From positions 32,001-96,000 of the forward strand of contig CAVYYZ010000011.1 of the NCBI GenBank assembly GCA_963772835.1: 64,000 nucleotides of DNA, in the 5' to 3' direction. The position numbers and the translations under genes were made by a program. The notes under the pieces are model-generated. The model had not been told where the DNA came from. It ran no database searches and saw only the letters and a list, made by a program, of their open reading frames with translations. This document shows, in pieces, positions 57,320-64,000 of this stretch. How positions within the stretch are numbered: the first letter of the stretch is position 1; every line of letters begins with the position of its first letter. Origin of the DNA: an uncultured delta proteobacterium. Its GTDB lineage: Bacteria > Desulfobacterota > Desulfuromonadia > Geobacterales > Pseudopelobacteraceae.

Positions 57320-57449
57320 AGACACGTGTCTCCCGGAGACCTGGTCCGCCGCTGTGCAAGCCATATGAGAGTATATACTGACATCATGGTGCGGGGTGAA
57401 AGGGACAAAACAATACGTGGTAACCTGAACCAGGGTGAATCATATGGGA

Positions 57450-57629
57450 ATGGAAAATAACTGCTATTGCGTAGAGAAGCACTCGAATCACATATGCATG
57501 TTGACGCATATGGGTATGATAGCCGAAATCAGAAACCTGACTCTCTTTCCAAATGTTGTATGTCTTGAATGTTGCGAAACAGCCGATTCAGAAGATAGCG
57601 TCTGCATACCGTTTCCGCTGTTCATATAA
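57450..57629 (+). CDS. small Cys/His-rich hypothetical protein
   Basis: CxC..H..HIC...P...CxxC...VC.P pattern; start uncertain (57435-57450). Confidence 0.55.
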   Translation: MENNCYCVEKHSNHICMLTHMGMIAEIRNLTLFPNVVCLECCETADSEDSVCIPFPLFI

Positions 57630-57655
57630 CCATTGTAACCCCGAGGATATTCAAG

Positions 57656-57934
57656 ATGAAAAAACGTTTTTCCACAATCTTTACCATTACTGTTGCAGCC
57701 GTCCTCGTAAGCAGCATTGCCTATGCAGCCAAAAAGAAACTGCAGACAAAATCACATCCTCTGACCACAGATATAACAGAGGCGGATTTAGCCGCCGATC
57801 TGCTGGACAAAAGCGGGGAACATAAGCATAAGGCACCAAAAGCAGGCGAAACAAACAAACTTGATGATGAGAAACTTGAAGAGCTTACAATTGCCGGCAC
57901 ATCCTGCCGGAATGAACAGATCCCCGGAAAGTGA
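57656..57934 (+). CDS. small exported hypothetical protein
   Basis: GAGG RBS, Sec signal ending IAYA, charged mature part. Confidence 0.6.
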   Translation: MKKRFSTIFTITVAAVLVSSIAYAAKKKLQTKSHPLTTDITEADLAADLLDKSGEHKHKAPKAGETNKLDDEKLEELTIAGTSCRNEQIPGK

Positions 57935-58076
57935 TGTCTGGTTGGAGTGAAGGTACAGGCTGTAAAAAAACTTTATATAGGGTACGGCAGTGATCAAAAA
58001 AGGCGATAAATCCGCACGGGACTGCCTGCCATGTCATTAAGTCAGTAATTTAAGTATGTTACAGGATTTATATAAT

Positions 58077-58092
58077 TGGCACAGCATATGCT
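58077..58092 (+). promoter_or_regulatory. sigma54 (-24/-12) promoter
   Basis: TGGCACAGCATATGCT = GG-N10-GC, 44 nt before the ATG at 58136; AT-rich stretch upstream. Confidence 0.7.
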
Positions 58093-58135
58093 AAAACTGA
58101 ATACAGATTCATCACATTATCCGGAGGTATTACCC

Positions 58136-58363
58136 ATGAAAAAAGTTCTTTCTACTCTTGTTGCTGCCATTGTTGCTCTCTCCTTCTCGGCTGTCGTGTT
58201 CGCTTCTGATACTGCCAAGCCTGCTGCTGTCCCTGCTGCTAATCTTGCCAAGCCTGCCGTAGAGAAGAAAGAAGCAGCGCCGGTAAAAAAAGCTAAAAAA
58301 GTAAAAAAAGCTAAAAAAGCAGGAGCTCCTAAAACTGAAACTGCTGCTCCTGCTGCAAAGTAA
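58136..58363 (+). CDS. small exported Ala/Lys/Pro-rich low-complexity protein
   Basis: GGAGG RBS, MKKVLSTLVAAIVALSFSAVVFA signal, KKAKKVKKAKKA repeat. Confidence 0.8.
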   Translation: MKKVLSTLVAAIVALSFSAVVFASDTAKPAAVPAANLAKPAVEKKEAAPVKKAKKVKKAKKAGAPKTETAAPAAK

Positions 58364-58385
58364 TTATTCTTTCACGCTGCTTAAC

Positions 58386-58416
58386 AAAGGCTGCATCTTA
58401 GGATGCGGCCTTTTTT
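58386..58416 (+). terminator. intrinsic terminator
   Basis: AAAGGCTGCATC/GATGCGGCCTTT plus T run. Confidence 0.82.
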
Positions 58417-58562
58417 ATACCGCAGAGTCGGGAAGAGCCCTTTTTGCGGGGAACCGGGTATTAGTGAGTGAAGCGTGCAGGTTTTAATAATTTAATTGTT
58501 CATTAGAAGGCTTCCGGTTATGTTCTCTGTCTGAAAAAATTCTCACAGGGAGGGGAATAGGC

Positions 58563-58811
58563 ATGTTTACAGAGTATGTTTCCGATATTGCTGCCCAGAT
58601 GGGGATGAAACTGAAAAAAGTGTCGATTTCCGGGGGGCTCAATGCGGCCTGTGTGGACTACCGCCTTGAGATTGCTTCAAAAAGTCATGTTGTAAGTACA
58701 ATGATTCATCAGTCAGAACTTGACAGCATTGAGAAGGGTTCAAGCAGCGGCTTTCTTGAGTTGAAGATACGGACGGCACTTGAGAGACTGAAAATGCTGC
58801 TGGAACCGTGA
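58563..58811 (+). CDS. hypothetical protein (82 aa)
   Basis: GGGAGG RBS, protein-like composition; no family recognised. Confidence 0.65.
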   Translation: MFTEYVSDIAAQMGMKLKKVSISGGLNAACVDYRLEIASKSHVVSTMIHQSELDSIEKGSSSGFLELKIRTALERLKMLLEP

Positions 58812-58955
58812 GAACAGTTCTACCTGTATGGTTGGAATCTGCTGAAAACATTTGAAGGGGTGGAAATTTTATAAATCAGGTGTATAATCGGGAACAACGG
58901 GCACGGAGATTATCACGACTGTCTCCGGACACAACTCAGATCACAGGAGGGGATA

Positions 58956-59567
58956 ATGAGAAAATTTATTCTGATGTTTGTCGTCGCAGCAACGGTAGGG
59001 TTCGCATGTAGTGGAAATGTGTATGCAGAATCGAATGTACATGATGGTTTTTTTCTCCGATTGGCTCCCGGAATCGGTTTTAATGAGACAACGTCGGACA
59101 TTGCCGGCAGTTCACTGAAAATGTCAGGGGCGAGCGGTCTGTTTAATTTTGCCATAGGCGGCGCAGTTGCCCAGGATCTCATTTTGCATCTTGATGTTTC
59201 AGGTGTCAGTACGTCAAACCCAAAAGTGTCGGTTAACGGGAGCACTCTTACCACCAATGTCTCCTCATCGACAACTACACTTGTAGGAATCGGCGCGACA
59301 TATTATATGCAGTCAAATTATTACCTGACCGGTGCTTTCGGTATAGCAAAATCAACAAACACCTCTTACGGGATTGACTACTCGACCAATAACGGTTTGG
59401 GAGTGAATCTGATGGTAGGAAAAGAGTGGTGGGTCAGTGACGATTGGGGACTCGGCATCGCCGGTCAGTTTCTCTTTACGAAATGCCCCGATGGCGCTTC
59501 CGGCGGCGGTAATCCCGACGTGAAGTCCACGTCAATCGGCCTGCTGTTTTCGGCAACGTACAATTAA
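58956..59567 (+). CDS. outer-membrane beta-barrel protein
   Basis: AGGAGG RBS, signal peptide, HDGFFLRL, GKEWWVSDDWGLG, terminal FSATYN. Confidence 0.8.
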   Translation: MRKFILMFVVAATVGFACSGNVYAESNVHDGFFLRLAPGIGFNETTSDIAGSSLKMSGASGLFNFAIGGAVAQDLILHLDVSGVSTSNPKVSVNGSTLTTNVSSSTTTLVGIGATYYMQSNYYLTGAFGIAKSTNTSYGIDYSTNNGLGVNLMVGKEWWVSDDWGLGIAGQFLFTKCPDGASGGGNPDVKSTSIGLLFSATYN

Positions 59568-59643
59568 CAGCGGTCACCGGTTTTCGGGCGGGAAGGTCCG
59601 TTCAGTTTTATTGCGTCAATGCTGAGAGACAGTACAGACAGAC

Positions 59644-59678
59644 AAGGACCCGGTCAGCATCGACCGGGTCCTTTTTTT
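59644..59678 (+). terminator. intrinsic terminator
   Basis: AAGGACCCGGTC/GACCGGGTCCTT plus T run. Confidence 0.85.
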
Positions 59679-59760
59679 GTTTGTACGCACCTCCCACGGG
59701 TGGTATCAATACATTTCATTCCCGGTCGGTTTCCGGACGAACAGGTGAGGGGAGGGTGAC

Positions 59761-60576
59761 ATGAATACCCGTGGCAGCTATCTGCAGGTTGCGGTAAATG
59801 CCGCCAGAATTGCCGGCCGGTATCAGAAGTACCGCTTTACTTCAGATCTGAATATAGAGATGAAGGGGGACAAGGATCTGGTGACGGAGGTCGACAAGGA
59901 GTCGGAACGGCTGATCGTGGAGCATCTTCTGCTGCATTTTCCCGATCATGATATCGTTGCCGAGGAGAGTGTCTACCAGCGGAAAGGTTCCCCCTGCCGC
60001 TGGATCATCGATCCTGTTGACGGCACCACGAACTACGCCCACGGATTCCCCTGGTTCTGCTCTTCGATCGCGCTGGAGCAGGAGGGTGAGTTGATTGCCG
60101 GGGTGATCTTCAACCCCGTGTATGATGAGCTTTTTACGGCGGTCAAAGGGGAGGGCGCCTTCCTGAATGGCATCCGCCTGTCCGTATCCCGCCGCACCCC
60201 CCTGAAAAGTTCACTGCTCGGAACCGGATTTCCGTATGATTGCGCCACTGATCCGGCCAACAATTTTGACAATTTCATCGCCTTTCAAAAGTGTGCCCGG
60301 GGAATACGACGGGCCGGTGCCGCCGCTCTTGATCTGGCCTCAGTTGCCGCCGGAAGGCTGGACGGATTCTGGGAACTCAAGCTGAAGGTGTGGGATGTTG
60401 CTGCAGGAGTCCTGCTGGTGCGCGAAGCGGGCGGGATGGTGACGACGTTCGATGGTTCCCCTTATGACATATTCACCGACCGGATCGTCGCCAGCAACGG
60501 CCTGATCCATGACGAGATGGTTGCGATGCTTGCTGCGGAGCACATCCGACCAGCTGCAGCACCATTTGCTGCTTGA
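59761..60576 (+). CDS. suhB: inositol monophosphatase family protein
   Basis: DLVTEVD, AEE, WIIDPVDGTTNY, WDVAAG..LVREAGG. Confidence 0.93.
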   Translation: MNTRGSYLQVAVNAARIAGRYQKYRFTSDLNIEMKGDKDLVTEVDKESERLIVEHLLLHFPDHDIVAEESVYQRKGSPCRWIIDPVDGTTNYAHGFPWFCSSIALEQEGELIAGVIFNPVYDELFTAVKGEGAFLNGIRLSVSRRTPLKSSLLGTGFPYDCATDPANNFDNFIAFQKCARGIRRAGAAALDLASVAAGRLDGFWELKLKVWDVAAGVLLVREAGGMVTTFDGSPYDIFTDRIVASNGLIHDEMVAMLAAEHIRPAAAPFAA

Positions 60577-60628
60577 AAAGAGCGCTGAAGAGGGTATCAT
60601 ACATTCTATGATTATTCCGAGGTTACCC

Positions 60629-61507
60629 ATGCTTCGTTTGAAGCGCTTTTTCATCATGTTTATTCTGGTTCTGGTGCCATGTACGGCGGTGGCGCTCGAT
60701 GTTCCGCAGCTTACGGGACGGGTCAACGACTATGCCCGGATACTTTCTCCCAGTGCGACGACCATGCTGGAACAGAAACTGGCCGCTTTCGAACAGGGGC
60801 AGTCAACGCAGGTGGTCGTACTGACCGTCCCGTCACTGCAGGGCGATGATATTGATCAGTTTGCCATCCGCGTCGCGGATCAGTGGAAGATCGGACAGAA
60901 GGGGAGCGACAACGGCGTGATCCTCATAATGGCCCAGGCCGAGCGGAAGGTGCGTATCGAGGTCGGGATGGGTCTTCAAGGTGTGTTGCCGGACATTACC
61001 GCCGGCCGCATCATCCGCGACGTCATGCGTCCATACCTCCGCACCGGGGATTTTGACCTTGGTGTCGATGCCGGTGTTGAAGCGATCATAGCCGCAACCA
61101 AAGGAGAATTCAAAGCAGCGTCCGGAGATCGGGCGCAGCGCCCGAAACAGAGGGGTGCATCCCGGTTTCTCACGTTTCTGATCTTCACCGGCATCGCAGC
61201 AGCGGCTCTCGGTTCCGTTTCCCGTCCTCTGGGAGGCGCTGCCGGGGCAATCGGGCTTCCCCTGGCCGTATCCACGATCTTTCCCGGTCTTTCTCTGACA
61301 ATTCTTCTCATTCTGGGCGCTGTCGGCCTTGGCGCCGGTTTCCTTATCAGCTTCCTGGCCCTCTTTGGTGGCGGCGGTGGCGGTGGAGGTGGAGGTTTCT
61401 ACGGAGGGGGCGGATTTGGCGGCGGCGGATTCTCATCCGGCGGCGACGGCGGATTCTTTGGTGGAGGAGGCGGTTTCGACGGCGGCGGCGCTTCCGACGG
61501 GTGGTGA
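60629..61507 (+). CDS. TPM-domain (YgcG-like) protein with Gly-rich tail
   Basis: signal peptide, GRVNDYA..L, WKIGQKG.DNGV, RIEVG.GL.G.LPD, TM helices, GGG.GGGASDGW. Confidence 0.9.
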   Translation: MLRLKRFFIMFILVLVPCTAVALDVPQLTGRVNDYARILSPSATTMLEQKLAAFEQGQSTQVVVLTVPSLQGDDIDQFAIRVADQWKIGQKGSDNGVILIMAQAERKVRIEVGMGLQGVLPDITAGRIIRDVMRPYLRTGDFDLGVDAGVEAIIAATKGEFKAASGDRAQRPKQRGASRFLTFLIFTGIAAAALGSVSRPLGGAAGAIGLPLAVSTIFPGLSLTILLILGAVGLGAGFLISFLALFGGGGGGGGGGFYGGGGFGGGGFSSGGDGGFFGGGGGFDGGGASDGW

Positions 61508-61512
61508 CAATT

Positions 61513-62145
61513 ATGAATAAGACTATTACAAAATATCTGAACAGTGAACAGGAGACCCTCATCCGGGAAGCGGTCAAGCGGGCCGAGTCCGGCACATCGG
61601 GAGAAATAGCACCCATGCTGGTGAGTGAGAGCGACGACTATCGGGAAGCAGCCGTGCATGCCGCTGCCATCATGTCGTTCCTCCTGTCTCTGGTTGTAGC
61701 GCTCGTTACAGGCGACACCTCGGTCTGGCTCTTCATTCCGCTCTCCTTTGTCCTCTACCTGCCGTTACTCGCTCTGGCCCGCCGTCTCCCTTTGCTCAAG
61801 CTCGCCTTTACTCCTGCCGCACGTGTACGTGCGGTCGTGCAGCAGCGTGCTGTTCGCGCTTTTCACGAAAAGGGACTGCACCGTACCCGCGAGGAAAACG
61901 GCATCCTTATCTTTATTTCCCTGTTGGAACGCAAGGTGTGGATACTGGGCGATCGAGGCATCAACGCGGTCATCCCGCCGGAGCGTTGGACCACTCTGAC
62001 TTCCGCCCTGGCCGCGGGGATACGCGCGGGGCGCATGGCCGAGACGCTGTCCGCCACTATCGCCGAAGTGGGTGATATTCTGAAAAGTCACTTTCCGCAT
62101 CGCACTGACGATGCCAATGAACTCCCGGACCTGATTGAGGATTGA
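61513..62145 (+). CDS. TPM-domain membrane protein
   Basis: AE..TSGEI, two TM helices, T...NGILIFIS..E, GD.GI, NELPD. Confidence 0.88.
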   Translation: MNKTITKYLNSEQETLIREAVKRAESGTSGEIAPMLVSESDDYREAAVHAAAIMSFLLSLVVALVTGDTSVWLFIPLSFVLYLPLLALARRLPLLKLAFTPAARVRAVVQQRAVRAFHEKGLHRTREENGILIFISLLERKVWILGDRGINAVIPPERWTTLTSALAAGIRAGRMAETLSATIAEVGDILKSHFPHRTDDANELPDLIED

Positions 62146-62213
62146 TTCTGTGGCTGTACAGATTGTTTGACCGGGTTTTTCAGAAACGGCTCTTGCGCTG
62201 AATCTCCCCCAGA

Positions 62214-62378
62214 TCAGTCCCTGGAGCGGGTGCGGGTAACACCGGAGAGTATCGCAATGCCGATAAGTATGACGACAGCGATCATCACGTAGACGGCACT
62301 TACTTTTGCGACAGCAAGTGCCCAGGCGATGCCGCCGATGACAAAGGCAGATCCGATGAGATAAATAATCAAAGACAT
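62214..62378 (-). CDS. small two-helix membrane protein (54 aa)
   Basis: AGGAGG RBS before the ATG at 62378; two hydrophobic segments and a basic tail. Confidence 0.7.
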   Translation of the reverse strand: MSLIIYLIGSAFVIGGIAWALAVAKVSAVYVMIAVVILIGIAILSGVTRTRSRD

Positions 62379-62502
62379 GGTGCGTCCTCCTGAGCGGGGT
62401 GAATTGCGGCCGCTCCTGCGGTGTTGAAAAATGAGGAGCGTTTTGGACTGTTTTTTTCTATCAGGCTGTGCCGGGAAACTTCTACACGGTTTGCTTTTCA
62501 AT

Positions 62503-63054
62503 TCAGCTGTCAATCGTGATTTTCTGGCTCATTCCCAGAATGTAATAGAAAAGCATCCCGATTAAGGGAATGAACATAACAACGAACAACCAGCCTGCTT
62601 TGGTCGCGGCTGTAATGAAACGGCTTCTCACTATATCCGCAATGGTTACTATCCATATTACGGTCAGGAAAAGCGCTATGAGCATCCATGCAACTATCAG
62701 ACTTGCAAAGGATGGATGATTATCGTTGTTGACTCCGGTGTTTTCAGGAGGTGTCGTGATGTCCTGCTGCTGTCTGAGCGCTGCCGCCTCACTCCTCTGC
62801 TGATCAAGATACGCCTTGTAGACTGCAGACTGACGTATATGAGTTTTCTCCGCTCTCTTTTGCTCCGGTATTCCGGCTGCTGCCCGTGGGGGCGTGTTTT
62901 CACCCGGTGCACCGCTCTCGTTTCCCCGTTCAACAGGCAGAGAGGAGGGGGAGTCCGAGAAGTTCACCCCGTTTGCATCTTCCCATGTATAAATTTCAGC
63001 AGATGCAATCGAAGAAAAATGAAATAGAATGTATACGATGATGAGTAGCTTCAC
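62503..63054 (-). CDS. DUF4124 domain fused to a PLDc_N-like membrane hairpin
   Basis: GTG after GGGGAG; signal peptide, AEIYTWED..G..FSD.P, then ADI......K..W......IPLIG...Y. Confidence 0.75.
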   Translation of the reverse strand: MKLLIIVYILFHFSSIASAEIYTWEDANGVNFSDSPSSLPVERGNESGAPGENTPPRAAAGIPEQKRAEKTHIRQSAVYKAYLDQQRSEAAALRQQQDITTPPENTGVNNDNHPSFASLIVAWMLIALFLTVIWIVTIADIVRSRFITAATKAGWLFVVMFIPLIGMLFYYILGMSQKITIDS

Positions 63055-63115
63055 TATTCTCCCCGGGCGGACACTGCACATGATTTCCGGTGCGTGTTCC
63101 GCATGGAAGATACAA

Positions 63116-63131
63116 AGCAACTTGTACGCCA
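63116..63131 (-). promoter_or_regulatory. sigma54 (-24/-12) promoter
   Basis: minus strand TGGCGTACAAGTTGCT = GG-N10-GC with TTGC, about 60 nt upstream of the GTG at 63054. Confidence 0.7.
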
Positions 63132-63557
63132 GCGGGAACCTGGCCGTCCCGAATATGTAACGGCCTGATTAAAAAGAGAAATAGCAGGCGATGCTGCAGT
63201 ACTGCCGGAAACCTTTCAGCTGAGATCTGTCATTTCTGACGTTACTGCCATATGTGACGGGTTGCCATGCCCCGTATCACTGCCGTGCGGAACCGTTCGT
63301 GAACGCTCCTGCAGTCCTGGGTAATGATTTCGCATCTGCGTTCCTTCCGGTAACGTTATAACCGTATATCCGCATGAAGAACCTGCTTGTCATTGGACGT
63401 ATCAGGTGTATATTTTAAAAGGATGCGATCCGGTGTGACGGGTCTCACACCACATTTCATCCCTTTGTCCGGAACGCTTCCCCAAGGCAGCACCCATCAT
63501 CACCTCCGGTCATATTCACCCATTAAATTGAAACCGTATCTCAATTCAGGAGGAATA

Positions 63558-64000
63558 ATGAAAGTTATCGCGTTTAACGGCAGTCCCAACAAGGAAGGGA
63601 ACACCTGGCATGCTATCAGCATGGTTGCTGCCGAGCTGGAAAAAGAGAATATTGAAACAGAGATCGTGCATGTCGGCAATAAAACTATACGAGGTTGTAC
63701 CGCCTGCGCCCAGTGTATTAAAAACAAGAATGAACGGTGCGTCCTTCCCGGTGATGAGGTCAATGAGTGGATCCGGAGTATGAAACAGGCGGACGGTATA
63801 ATTTTCGGATCTCCGGTTCATTATGCGGCCATGGGGGGTACCATGAAATCCTTTATGGACCGTGCTTTTTATGTCGCCGGAGTAAATAACGGTCTGCTAC
63901 GTCACAAGGTCGGCGCTGCAGTCGTTGCGGTGCGGCGTTCCGGCGGTTTGCCAACCTTCAACCAGTTGAACAACTTTATCAATTATTCCGAGATGTTGAT
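63558..64000 (+). CDS. iron-sulfur flavoprotein / NADPH-dependent FMN reductase family (3' partial)
   Basis: hand translation MKVIAFNGSPNKEGNT...GCTACAQC...C...ADGIIFGSPVH...MKSFMDR; AGGAGG RBS; missing from the ORF track because it runs off the end. Confidence 0.92.
   Translation, partial: MKVIAFNGSPNKEGNTWHAISMVAAELEKENIETEIVHVGNKTIRGCTACAQCIKNKNERCVLPGDEVNEWIRSMKQADGIIFGSPVHYAAMGGTMKSFMDRAFYVAGVNNGLLRHKVGAAVVAVRRSGGLPTFNQLNNFINYSEML

Noticed and set aside
60576..60629. Absence of lemA beside the two TPM genes
   Set aside because: lemA is often encoded elsewhere; nothing in the window indicates loss or a remnant.
61366..61504. GGC/GGT-rich repeat tract
   Set aside because: Simply encodes the Gly-rich tail usual in TPM/YgcG proteins.
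56850..63557. GEMM (c-di-GMP/cGAMP) riboswitches in the accessory intergenic regions
   Set aside because: No GEMM core pattern was found by eye; an Infernal/Rfam scan would be needed to exclude them fully.

Overview
Mostly core chromosome of a Geobacteraceae-like (Desulfuromonadia) bacterium, inferred from gene order and protein style. Main blocks: glmM-pdxJ-acpS-nnr-CBS-tsaE-lysC; tadA; lepA-lepB; aspS; a TCA operon with two unrelated isocitrate dehydrogenases in tandem (icd-icd-mdh-korDABC); aroCKB-TPR-roadblock-aroQ-peptidase-accBC-gcvH; tolC-mqnA; c-di-GMP enzymes; trpEG divergent from aroF; dgt-yfbR; and pheA-tyrA-aroA-cmk-ispH-rpsA-ihfB-tRNA-Leu(TAA). After the tRNA lies an AT-richer, partly decayed accessory block (PEGA/DUF3015-like lipoprotein, DUF4105/Lnb-like protein, interrupted alpha/beta hydrolase, yjbQ), then small hypothetical genes, suhB, two TPM genes and a partial iron-sulfur flavoprotein. 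The most notable unannotated signals are a Phe/Tyr/Trp-rich leader peptide with a terminator/antiterminator switch upstream of DAHP synthase, octamer-repeat palindromic intergenic elements, integrase-arm-like repeats behind the tRNA, and a probable non-AUG start for tadA. No CRISPR array, rRNA, integrase or transposase gene was seen. All family assignments come from recognising motifs by eye, not from database searches.
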